Source: an uncultured delta proteobacterium
GTDB lineage: Bacteria > Myxococcota > Myxococcia > Myxococcales > Anaeromyxobacteraceae
Direction of reading: 5' to 3'
DNA length: 64,000 nucleotides
NCBI GenBank assembly: GCA_963828255.1
Contig: CAWHDZ010000034.1
Span: forward strand, 32,001 to 96,000
The translations under genes and the position numbers were made by a program. The notes under the pieces are model-generated. The model was not told where the DNA came from. It was given only the letters and a program-made list of their open reading frames with translations, and did not search any database. This document shows, piece after piece, positions 45,019-53,838 of this stretch. How positions within the stretch are numbered: position 1 is the stretch's first letter; each line of letters opens with the position of its first letter.

Positions 45019-46701
45019 TCAACCGGTGATGGCGGCCCGGGGGCCCGACGGGCCGGACGGCGGCTGGACCACGAGTTCCCGGCCCACCTGGAGCTTGTAT
45101 TTCCTGGGGTTCTTGATGCCGTTCCAGTCGCAGAGTTCCTGCAACTTCACGCCCACCCGCTGCGAGATGGCCCAGAGCGAGTCACCCGCCTGGACCTGGA
45201 CGGTGCCCTGTCCGGGAGCGGAGGGGGATCGCGGCGCAGCGGCACGCGCGGCCCGGACCGGCTCGGCCTCCACGAGCTTCGGGTTCTTCTTCTGGAGATC
45301 CTCGATGCGGGCGCGGGCCACCGCCTCGGTGGCCGGGGCGCCGGAACGGCGGGCCAGCGCGCCGAGCGGGATGACGAGCTCCGTGCCCGGCTTCACGCGC
45401 TTGCCGGCCTTCAGGCCGTTCATCTGGAGGACCGTGGAAGACGGGACGCCGTAGGCGGTGGCGATGACGGCGATCCCCTCCCCCTTCACGACGGTGTGGC
45501 GGGCGAACCCGAGCCCGGCGGTGGGAGCGATCGACGGCCAGTTCTTGTCGAAGGCGGCCCGGGCGTCGCTCGGCAGCTTCACCGAGTAGGCCCGCGGGGG
45601 CGTGCAGTTGCGGCGCAGCTCGGGGTTGAGCTCGTGGAGCTCGCGGGAGGTGATCTCGGCGGCCCGGGCCAGCGCCTCGATCTCGACGGCGTGCGGGATG
45701 GTGACCCGCTCGTACTCGGTCCAGCGCTCGGCCTGGATCTCCTCCCTCGAGAAGCCGAACGCCTCCGGGTGCTTGGCGATGATGGCGGCGGCCATGAGCT
45801 TGGGCACGTAGCCCTTGGTCTCCCGCTTCAGCACCTTCCCGCGGGCCATCTCCCAGAACTCGAGCTGCCCCTTCCTCTTGGCCTTCTCGATCTTGCCCTC
45901 TCCGGCGTTGTAGCCGGCCCATGCGAGGCGCCAGTCGCCGAACATCTTGTGGAGGACCTGGAGATAGGTGGCCGCGGCGCGCGCCGACTTCTCCGGGTCG
46001 CGTCGCTCGTCCACCCAGAAGTCCTGGGAGAGCCCCATGCGCTTGCCGGTGGAGGGGATGAACTGCCAGGGGCCGGCCGCCTTGGCATGCGAGTAGGCCA
46101 GGTTCGCGAACCCGCTCTCGATCATGGCGAGGTAGATGGTGTCCTCGGGCAGCCCCGCCTCGCGCAGGATGGTCCGGTACCGCTCCTGGTAGCGGGGCAG
46201 GCGACCCAGCCACTTCACGAAGTGCTTGCGAACCGTGGGCACCTGGAAGAAGCGGACGTACTGGACCACCGCCTCGTTCACGTCGATGGGGATGTCGTAC
46301 TCGGCCTGGAGCCGGCGCAGGTCGTGGCCGATCTCGGGGAGCAGGGCGATGGAGCCGACGTCCTCCTCCGGCATGGGGGCGGTGTCGCGCGAGAGCGCGC
46401 CGTCGATGCGGTGGCGGAGCGGGGACTCGGTCCCGAGCCGGACCGCCTCGCGGGCGGCGCCGTCCTCGGGGCGGGGCAGGGGCACGAGCGCCGCCTTCTC
46501 CTCGGCCAGGCGGACCTCGTTGATCTCGGCCGACTGGGCCTCGAGCTCCTCCTCCACCTCAGGCACGTCTCCGACGTCCAGGGCTTCCTGGACTGCGACT
46601 GCCGCCGCGGCGGGCGCTGGGGGCGCGACGGGGTCGGAGCCCCTGGCGGGGAGGGCACTGGCGACCGCGAAGAACGCGATCAGGAAGGTGATCCTGGTCA
46701 T
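45019..46701 (-). CDS. mltD: Lytic transglycosylase (MltD-like) with LysM domains
   Basis: LAMIESGF, AAGPWQFI, DERRDPEKS, AGYNAGEG, ETKGYVPK; LysM repeats (VQAGDSLWAISQR). Confidence 0.9.
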   Translation of the reverse strand: MTRITFLIAFFAVASALPARGSDPVAPPAPAAAAVAVQEALDVGDVPEVEEELEAQSAEINEVRLAEEKAALVPLPRPEDGAAREAVRLGTESPLRHRIDGALSRDTAPMPEEDVGSIALLPEIGHDLRRLQAEYDIPIDVNEAVVQYVRFFQVPTVRKHFVKWLGRLPRYQERYRTILREAGLPEDTIYLAMIESGFANLAYSHAKAAGPWQFIPSTGKRMGLSQDFWVDERRDPEKSARAAATYLQVLHKMFGDWRLAWAGYNAGEGKIEKAKRKGQLEFWEMARGKVLKRETKGYVPKLMAAAIIAKHPEAFGFSREEIQAERWTEYERVTIPHAVEIEALARAAEITSRELHELNPELRRNCTPPRAYSVKLPSDARAAFDKNWPSIAPTAGLGFARHTVVKGEGIAVIATAYGVPSSTVLQMNGLKAGKRVKPGTELVIPLGALARRSGAPATEAVARARIEDLQKKNPKLVEAEPVRAARAAAPRSPSAPGQGTVQVQAGDSLWAISQRVGVKLQELCDWNGIKNPRKYKLQVGRELVVQPPSGPSGPRAAITG

Positions 46702-46751
46702 CGACCCCTCACTGTAACCCGGGCACCCCTCCCCTGCCAGGACGGTCCCGG

Positions 46752-48212
46752 TCAGGGACGTGCGGGCGGCGCCCCGGGAGCGCCGTGGCCGGGGCCGACG
46801 ACGCGGCCGCGGAAGCTCGACGGCTCGAAACCCGTGGAATGCTCGGGGGTGTGGCACGCCGTGCAGGTCGATGTGGGTGGATCGCGCACGATGTGGGCAG
46901 GTGGATCCACGGCGTGGAGACTCGCCGGACCATGGCAGGCCTCGCACTGCACGCCGCGGCGCCCGGCGGTGGTGGCCACGTCGCAGGGTCCGCCGGGGAG
47001 CTTCCAGCCGGTCACGTGACAGGAGACGCAGTCGAGGTCGAACTGGCGCCCGCCCCGGACCAGCGTCTCGTACGCCGATGCATGGGGCGTCTCCTCCCAC
47101 GATGCGAATGCGCCCGGGTGGCAGTTGCGGCAGTCGCGGCTCCCGCCGGGTGGGACCCGGTCCACGCCGATGAAGGAGGGCGCGTCGCGGGCCGGATCGG
47201 GGCAGGGCTTCCCGACGGCCTTCGCCTCGGCCAGGTTGGCCCGCGCGATCGCGCCGTAGTGCCGGGTGAGGATGCGACGGACCGCAGGGTCCTCGGGAAC
47301 GTCTTCGCCCAGCGGGACGAAGGAGATCTGCAGGGACGGCCGGTCGTCGGGCGGCGCCGGGGGCGGCTCGGCCCGCAGCGCCGTCTCGCGCGCGGCGAGC
47401 TCGGCCAGCTTGCCCGAGAGCGCGGCGGCCAGCGCCGTGTTGCCGGAGGCCTCCGCCGCGGCGCGCCGCTTCCCGTACCCGGCGCGGCGCACCGCGAGCA
47501 GGTCGAGCTCCTCGGCCCGCTGCGTCGGCCCGGGGAGGACGAGGAAGCCCCTCCCGGCGTCCCCCCGGAGGAAGAAGTCGATGCGGGCCAGCGCCTGCCC
47601 GCGCCCCTGCACCTGCACCACCGGCACCGGGGCGTCGAGGACGGCCCGGCTGGCGTCGTCGTCCAGCAGCCCCTCGCGGTGCGCGGCGAGGAGGACGTGA
47701 ACCCCCTCGCGCCGGGCCTCCTCGGCGCGGGCCAGCGCGGCCCGGCTGCCGCCCTCGTGGACCACCGCCACCCGGACCGGTGCGCGCGGCACCGATGCCA
47801 GGCCGCCGAAGCCCACCGCGCCGATCCTCTTGCTGCGGGTGAAGGGAAGCCCGGTCCTGGCGAGGAAGCCCTTCCCGGCCGCGAGGTCCCGCTCGCCGGG
47901 CCAGGAGGCGGCGAGCCCCATCATCCGCAGCGCCTCGGCCATGGTCCGGGCCGCCGCCAGGTCCTGGGCCTTTCGCTCCGGATCGAGGGGGCCTCCGAAG
48001 AGCAGGTCGCCGCCGGCCACGAAGACCGTGTCGGGGTTCTCCTTGCGGATGCGGGCCACGGCGGTGGCGGCGCGCGCCAGCCCCCCGCGCTGGTCGGCGC
48101 TGCAGCCGCACGGCTCGAGCCACCCGCCCAGGTCGGCGGCATAGACCACCGTCACGTGGCGCGGGGGCGCGGCGGCGGCGAGGAGGGCCAGGGCGGCGAT
48201 CGCGGGTGTCAT
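46752..48212 (-). CDS. UshA/5'-nucleotidase-like N-domain fused to a tetraheme cytochrome c (c554-like)
   Basis: GWLEPCGC...GGLAR...GGDLLF; four heme motifs CRNCH, CVSCH, CEACH, CTACH. Confidence 0.85.
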   Translation of the reverse strand: MTPAIAALALLAAAAPPRHVTVVYAADLGGWLEPCGCSADQRGGLARAATAVARIRKENPDTVFVAGGDLLFGGPLDPERKAQDLAAARTMAEALRMMGLAASWPGERDLAAGKGFLARTGLPFTRSKRIGAVGFGGLASVPRAPVRVAVVHEGGSRAALARAEEARREGVHVLLAAHREGLLDDDASRAVLDAPVPVVQVQGRGQALARIDFFLRGDAGRGFLVLPGPTQRAEELDLLAVRRAGYGKRRAAAEASGNTALAAALSGKLAELAARETALRAEPPPAPPDDRPSLQISFVPLGEDVPEDPAVRRILTRHYGAIARANLAEAKAVGKPCPDPARDAPSFIGVDRVPPGGSRDCRNCHPGAFASWEETPHASAYETLVRGGRQFDLDCVSCHVTGWKLPGGPCDVATTAGRRGVQCEACHGPASLHAVDPPAHIVRDPPTSTCTACHTPEHSTGFEPSSFRGRVVGPGHGAPGAPPARP

Positions 48213-48312
48213 GGGCGCCTCCCAGCCTCTAACACGCCGGCCCGGGGTCGCGCCCGCGGTCCAGGGCGGCCGCCGTGCGGCGGGGCCCCCTTCGTGCTAG
48301 GAGGGGCTTCCC

Positions 48313-49359
48313 GTGCACATCGGACCGCACACCTTCTCGGGACGCTTCTTCCTGGCGCCGCTCGCCGGGGTGAGCGACCGCCCCTTCCGCGCCATCTGCC
48401 GGGAGATGGGGGCGGCCTTCGCCTACACCGAGATGGTGAGCGCCCATGGCCTCATTCACGGAACGTCTCAGACCCTCGCCTACCTGGATCGCGACCCGGC
48501 CGAGGTCCCCTTCGCCGTGCAGATCTTCGCCGCCGAGCCGGAGGTCCTGGCGCGCGGCGCGGCGGCGGCGGTGGGGGCCGGCGCAGGCATCGTGGACATC
48601 AACATGGCCTGCCCGGTGCGGAAGGTGTGCGGCACCGGGGCAGGGGCGGCGCTGGCCCGCGACCCCGCCGCCGTCGAGGCCGCGGTGCGGGAGGTGGTCC
48701 GCGCGGCCGGCGTCCCGGTCACCGTCAAGATCCGCGCCGGCTGGGACGGCGCCACGGTGAACTGCGTGGAGGTGGCCCGCGCCGCCGAGTCGGGCGGGGC
48801 CTCGGCGGTGGCGCTGCACGGCCGGACCCGCTCGCAGGGCTACGCCGGCCGGGCCGACTGGTCGCTCATCCGCGCCGTGAAGGAGGCGGTCTCCATCCCG
48901 GTGCTCGGGTCGGGCGACGTCTGGTCGGCTGCGGACGCGCTGCGCATGCGGCGCGAGACCGGCTGCGACGCGGTGCTGGTGGCCCGCGGGGCCTGCGGCA
49001 ATCCCTGGATCTTCCGCGACCTCCGGGCCTCCGAGGCCGGCGAGAGGATGCCCGGCGCGCCCACCCGCGACGAGTGGTTCGCCACGGTGATGCGCCACGT
49101 GCGGCTCCAGATCGAGCACCGGACCCGGCAGCGCGACTTCGAGGACCCGGCCGCCTCCGAGGGGCACGCGGTGCGCGAGCTGCGCAAGCACCTGCTCTGG
49201 TACACCCGCGGTCTCAAGGGCGGGGTGCACTTCCGGCGCGACGCCACCGCGGTGGCGACCGCCTCCGGCGTGGAGGAGATGCTCGGGCGCCACTTCCCGC
49301 CCGGAGCCCCGTTCGCGTTCGACCCTTCCCTGGCGGCCGCTGAGGCCGTGGCCGAGTGA
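48313..49359 (+). CDS. dusB: tRNA dihydrouridine synthase B
   Basis: LAPLAGVSD, TEMVS, DINMACP, PVTVKIR, LHGRTR, GNPWIF, RKHLLWY. Confidence 0.92.
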   Translation: MHIGPHTFSGRFFLAPLAGVSDRPFRAICREMGAAFAYTEMVSAHGLIHGTSQTLAYLDRDPAEVPFAVQIFAAEPEVLARGAAAAVGAGAGIVDINMACPVRKVCGTGAGAALARDPAAVEAAVREVVRAAGVPVTVKIRAGWDGATVNCVEVARAAESGGASAVALHGRTRSQGYAGRADWSLIRAVKEAVSIPVLGSGDVWSAADALRMRRETGCDAVLVARGACGNPWIFRDLRASEAGERMPGAPTRDEWFATVMRHVRLQIEHRTRQRDFEDPAASEGHAVRELRKHLLWYTRGLKGGVHFRRDATAVATASGVEEMLGRHFPPGAPFAFDPSLAAAEAVAE

Positions 49360-49366
49360 GCCCAAC

Positions 49367-50191
49367 GTGAACGAGACCCTGACGCTGGCCGCCTACTCCG
49401 GCGCCATCCTGACCGGCTCGCTGGCAGGCGGCGTGATCCCGCTCTTCGGCAAGCGGACCCGCAGCGACGCCCTGCTCTCCTTCTCGGCCGGCGTGATGCT
49501 GGGCGCGGCCTTCTTCCACATGCTCCCGGAGGCGGTCCACCTGGGCGGACCCGACGTCATCCCCTGGGCCGTGGCCGGCTTCCTCTTCCTCTTCCTCCTC
49601 GAGCGCTTCGTGCTGGTCCACGTCTGCGCCGAGCCCGGCCCCTCCGAGCGGCTGCTCGGCCACCCCGCGCCGCCGCCCCATGGCTTTCGCGATCACGCCG
49701 GCCACGACCACGCCCACGAGGCCACCGGCTGCGACGTCCACACGCTGGGGCTGGCGGCCTTCGTCGGCCTCTCCCTCCACACGCTGGTGGACGGCTTCGC
49801 GCTGGGCGCCGCGCAGAGCGACCCGGCGCTGGGGCTGCTGGTCTTCGTGGCCATCCTGGCCCACAAGATCCCCTCCTCGGTCTCGCTCACCGCCATCCTG
49901 CGGGCCGAGGGCTACGGGAAGCGGCAGGCGCTCCTCATGAACGCCAGCTTCGCGCTCATGGTCCCGGCGGGCGCCGCCATCTTCCTCGTCGTCGACCGGA
50001 TGGTGGCCGCCAGCAGCTTCACCGCGGTGGCGCTGGCCGCCAGCGCCGGGTCCTTCCTCCAGCTCTCGCTCTCCGACATCCTGCCCGACCTGCACCGGCG
50101 GGGGGGTGACCGCTGGAAGATCTCGCTGGCCCTGCTGGCCGGACTGGCCGTGATGTGGGCGCTCAGGTCGCTGGGGCACGCTCACGGCTGA
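49367..50191 (+). CDS. ZIP-family metal transporter
   Basis: FSAGVML, His-rich loop, LHTLVDG, ILAHKIP, SDILPD. Confidence 0.9.
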   Translation: MNETLTLAAYSGAILTGSLAGGVIPLFGKRTRSDALLSFSAGVMLGAAFFHMLPEAVHLGGPDVIPWAVAGFLFLFLLERFVLVHVCAEPGPSERLLGHPAPPPHGFRDHAGHDHAHEATGCDVHTLGLAAFVGLSLHTLVDGFALGAAQSDPALGLLVFVAILAHKIPSSVSLTAILRAEGYGKRQALLMNASFALMVPAGAAIFLVVDRMVAASSFTAVALAASAGSFLQLSLSDILPDLHRRGGDRWKISLALLAGLAVMWALRSLGHAHG

Positions 50192-52262
50192 AGGTGAGCG
50201 GCAGCCGCACCGAGAAGGTGGTCCCGGACGACGCGTCGGAGCGCACCCGGATGTTCCCGCCGTGGGCCGCGGCGATCTGCACGGCGATGTAGAGCCCCAG
50301 CCCGAGCCCCTTGCGACGCTGGGTGCGCTCGTCGTCGCCGCGCCGGAACGGCTCGAAGAGGTGGGCCACCAGCTCGGCGGGGATGGGGGCCCCCCGGTTC
50401 GTGACCTCGACCAGGGCCGACCCGGCGTCGCGCCAGCAGGCCACCTCCACCGCGGTCTCCTCCGGGCTGTACTGGAGCGCGTTGCCCACCAGATTCGCCA
50501 CCGCCTGGCCGATCCGGTCGCCGTCCCACTCCCCGTCCACCGGCTCGGGGGCGGTGACCCGCACGCTGCGGCCGGCGTGGGCCGCCTCGCACTCCTCGGC
50601 AACCGAGCGGACCAGGGAGGAGAGCTCGGTCCTCCGCGGGTGGAGCACGATCCCCGGTCCGCCCTGGACCGCGGTGTAGTCCACCAGCGCCCGGATGATC
50701 CCGTCCATGCGCCCCGAGGCCCGCAGGATCCGCCCCACCGAGCGGGCGGCCCGGTCGTCCAGGGGCCCGGCGGCGAGGAGCTCGGCCGAGGCGGTGATGG
50801 CCATGAGCGGGCTGCGCAGGTCGTGGCCCACCACGCCGAGGACGTTGCGGCGCGACTGCTCGGCGACGCGCTGCTCGGTCACCTCGCGCACCAGGGCGCC
50901 CACCCCGATGAGCCGGTCGGACACCGTCACCGGGTAGAGCGTGACCACGAAGGTGCGGTGGGTCTCCCCCGGCACCTGGGGCGGCGCCACGACCGTGTGC
51001 TCCACCAGCGGCGCGCGCCCCTCCGCCACCTCGGCGAAGTCGCGGACCAGCTCGTCGCGGGCCACCCGGGGCGCGGTCTCGGTGAGCGTCCGTCCCAGGA
51101 GCCCCTCCACCGGCACCCCGTTCAGCCTGGCCAGGTGGGAGTTCACCTTGAGGTAGCGCATCTCCCGGTCGAGGAGCGCCAGCCCCACCGGCGCGGCGCC
51201 GAAGAGCGCGTCGAGGAGCGCGGCCGACTCGTCGCGCTCCCGCAGGGTGCGCCGCAGCTCCAGCACCAGCAGCTCGCGGGTCTCGGCCGCGTCCTCGGCC
51301 TGGGCCCGGAGCTCCCGCTGGGTCTCGTAGAGCCGGGCCCGGTCCACCGCCTGGGCGCAGTGGTGGGCCAGGGCCTCGACGAATCCCCGCTCCTCCTCGC
51401 CGAAGTGGTGGGCGCCGGCGTAGCCGATCCCCAGCGCCCCGACCGTGCGCCCGCGTACGCGCAGCGGCAGCGCCGCCCAGGCCGCCTCGCTCACCGCCGC
51501 GCCGGCCGGGACGAGCCCGGGGTAGCGGGTCCGCAGCTCGTCGGCCGAGCCGATCCAGACCGGCTCCTCGCGCAGGAAGGCCTCCTCGAGCGGGGCCCGA
51601 AGCGCGCCCGGCGTGCCGTCGGCGGCCGCCATCGAGCCGGCGGCGTGGGCCACCTCGAGCACGCCGGCCGACGGGAAGCACAGGCTGCCGCCGCTGGCGC
51701 CCAGGACGTGCAACCCCACGCCCAGGATGACCTCGGCCACCTCCTGCTCGGCTGCCGCCGCCGAGAGCGCCGCGGTCACCTCCTGGAGCCGGGCCATCCG
51801 CTCGGCCACGGCCTCGGGGCGCAGGCGCGCCGACCGCTCCGCCCCCTGGGCGGGTGGCAACGTGCCCAGGTCGCGGGCCAGGGCCACCACCCGGGCGCCG
51901 CCCGTTTCACTTTCGGTATGATAGAGCGTGAAGTCGGCCCGGCGGGCCTCCCCGGCCACCTCGAGCACCACCGGGATGCGGTAGCGGGCGCGGCCGTCGG
52001 CCAGCACCCCGCGAATCGCCTCGTGGAGGGCCGGCGACGCGCCGGTCATGACCTCGGCCAGGGTTCGCCCCTGGGCGGCGGCGGGGGCGACGCCGACCAT
52101 CCGGCCGAAGGCGCCGTTCACCACCTCGACGCGCAGGTCGGGCGCCACCACGGCGATGCCGAAGGGCGCATCCTTGCCGATCGCCCCGAGCAGCGAGGCG
52201 GGATCCGGAGGGCGGGGGCTCGGAACGGGGGCCGGCTTCCTCTTTCGCGGTCGGGGCGTCAG
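50163..52262 (-). CDS. PAS-GAF-PAS sensor histidine kinase (start uncertain)
   Basis: HDLRSPL, NLVGNALQYS, GLGLGLYI; the first PAS domain starts upstream of GTG 52151; in-frame CTG at 52262 is a candidate start. Confidence 0.85.
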   Translation of the reverse strand: MTPRPRKRKPAPVPSPRPPDPASLLGAIGKDAPFGIAVVAPDLRVEVVNGAFGRMVGVAPAAAQGRTLAEVMTGASPALHEAIRGVLADGRARYRIPVVLEVAGEARRADFTLYHTESETGGARVVALARDLGTLPPAQGAERSARLRPEAVAERMARLQEVTAALSAAAAEQEVAEVILGVGLHVLGASGGSLCFPSAGVLEVAHAAGSMAAADGTPGALRAPLEEAFLREEPVWIGSADELRTRYPGLVPAGAAVSEAAWAALPLRVRGRTVGALGIGYAGAHHFGEEERGFVEALAHHCAQAVDRARLYETQRELRAQAEDAAETRELLVLELRRTLRERDESAALLDALFGAAPVGLALLDREMRYLKVNSHLARLNGVPVEGLLGRTLTETAPRVARDELVRDFAEVAEGRAPLVEHTVVAPPQVPGETHRTFVVTLYPVTVSDRLIGVGALVREVTEQRVAEQSRRNVLGVVGHDLRSPLMAITASAELLAAGPLDDRAARSVGRILRASGRMDGIIRALVDYTAVQGGPGIVLHPRRTELSSLVRSVAEECEAAHAGRSVRVTAPEPVDGEWDGDRIGQAVANLVGNALQYSPEETAVEVACWRDAGSALVEVTNRGAPIPAELVAHLFEPFRRGDDERTQRRKGLGLGLYIAVQIAAAHGGNIRVRSDASSGTTFSVRLPLTFSRERAPAT

Positions 52263-52295
52263 GACCGCATCTTCCCACGCCTCCGCGGCGCGCTT

Positions 52296-53663
52296 CTACC
52301 CCGCGATGCGCAGGCGGGCCGAGAGCGCCCGGTCCCCCCCGGCACGGAAGGCCTCCAGCGCCTCGTCGGCCGGGGACCGGGCCAGGGCGGCCCGCTCCAC
52401 GAGCGGGGCGAGCCAGATCCGCTCGTCCTCCCCCTTCTCGCCGCAGGCCCCCTGGCGGCAGAGCCCGAGCCGGGCCGCCTCCACCAGGTCCACGGCCAGC
52501 TCGGAGACGGTGCGCCCGTCGGGCGTCCGGGCCCGAAGCCCCTCGCGCCCGGCCGCGTCGCGCAGGGCGATCCTCTCGGCCAGGGAGAAGCGGCGCACCA
52601 GGTCCCAGGCCCAGTCCCGGGACTCCCGGGAGTAGAGGATGCCCTTCCAGAAGGCGGCCAGCGCCTTCACCAGGGGCGGGGGGACGCCGTCGGCGCCCCG
52701 GACCTCGATGACCCCCTTCATGCGCACCTCGGGGAAGAGCACCGAGAGCTGGTCCTCCCAGTCGGCGAGGGTGGCCTGGTGGCCGTCCCGCCCCTCGGCG
52801 AGGTAGCGGCGGAAGGAGATCCCGCCGGTGTCGAGGTAGCGCCCCTCCCGGCGCAGGAAGACCATGGGCGCGTCGAGGGCCCACCCGGCGTAGCGCAGGT
52901 AGGCCTCCTCCTCGAATCCAGGCTCGAAGGCGAAGGGAAGGATCCCGCAGCGCGCCGGGTCGGTGTGGTTCCAGACCTCGGTGCGGAAGCTCTGCCAGCC
53001 CGACTCGGCGCCCTGGACCACCGGGGAGTTGGCGCACAGGGCCACCACCGCCGGCTGGACCCCGAGCGCGACGCGCAGCTTCTCGGCGGCGTCCCGCTCG
53101 CTCGCGAAGTCGAAGGAGGCCTGGGCCGAGCCGGTCATCGACATCATGTCCGGCGCCAGCCGCCCCCGGGCCGAGAGGAACGGGCGCATCACCGCGTAGC
53201 GCTCCTTGGGAACCCAGCGCGCCGTCCCCGGCGTTCCCCAGGGGCGGTAGCCGGTGGCCAGGAACTCGACCCCCAGCTCGGCGCCGATGGCGCGGCCGAT
53301 TTCCAGGTGCCGGTCCAGCTCCTCGGCCACCGCGTGCACGTCCTGGAACGGCCGGCCCGACAGCTCCAGCTGCCCCCCCGGCTCGATGGAGACGGTCAGG
53401 CCGCCCTTCTGGGCGGCGATGGCCCGCCCGTTCTCCTCGAAGGGCTCGTACCCCCAGCGGGAGTAGGCCCGCAGGACCGCCTCGATCCCGCGCGGACCGT
53501 CGTAGGGCACCGGCTCGAGCGTCCCGGCCACCTGGGCGAGGGCCTCGAACTCGATGCCCACCTTCCAGTCGGTCGCCGGGTGCTCGCGCTCGCGGAACCA
53601 GGCCACGAGGTCCTCCACGCCCTGCACCGGAGGGCTCCCGTCGATCTTCCGGTCGAGCGACAT
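52296..53663 (-). CDS. gshA: Glutamate--cysteine ligase (GCS2, plant/proteobacterial type)
   Basis: VGIEFE, SIEPGGQLELSG, PKERY..M, ANSP, W..TDPARCG, LFPEVR.K..IEVRGAD. Confidence 0.9.
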   Translation of the reverse strand: MSLDRKIDGSPPVQGVEDLVAWFREREHPATDWKVGIEFEALAQVAGTLEPVPYDGPRGIEAVLRAYSRWGYEPFEENGRAIAAQKGGLTVSIEPGGQLELSGRPFQDVHAVAEELDRHLEIGRAIGAELGVEFLATGYRPWGTPGTARWVPKERYAVMRPFLSARGRLAPDMMSMTGSAQASFDFASERDAAEKLRVALGVQPAVVALCANSPVVQGAESGWQSFRTEVWNHTDPARCGILPFAFEPGFEEEAYLRYAGWALDAPMVFLRREGRYLDTGGISFRRYLAEGRDGHQATLADWEDQLSVLFPEVRMKGVIEVRGADGVPPPLVKALAAFWKGILYSRESRDWAWDLVRRFSLAERIALRDAAGREGLRARTPDGRTVSELAVDLVEAARLGLCRQGACGEKGEDERIWLAPLVERAALARSPADEALEAFRAGGDRALSARLRIAG

Positions 53664-53763
53664 GCGACGGACTGTAGCGCAGGTCGGGGGGAATGGCGGC
53701 GACGCCGGGACCGTTCACCGAGGACGCCGGAGAAGGCGCCACGCCACCCGGAGGTCGATCCCC

Positions 53764-53792
53764 TTGCACCACCGCTCCCCTGCCCCTATCCT
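53764..53792 (+). promoter_or_regulatory. Sigma70-type promoter of the S41 protease gene
   Basis: TTGCAC-N17-TATCCT, 46 nt before ATG 53839. Confidence 0.6.
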
Positions 53793-53838
53793 CGTGAAAA
53801 GGGCGGTCTTTTTCGATCCGCCGAGGATTCGTCCCCAC

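Noticed and set aside
48101..48112. Selenocysteine in the CGC motif of the UshA-like cytochrome
   Set aside because: Both codons are TGC; there is no in-frame TGA
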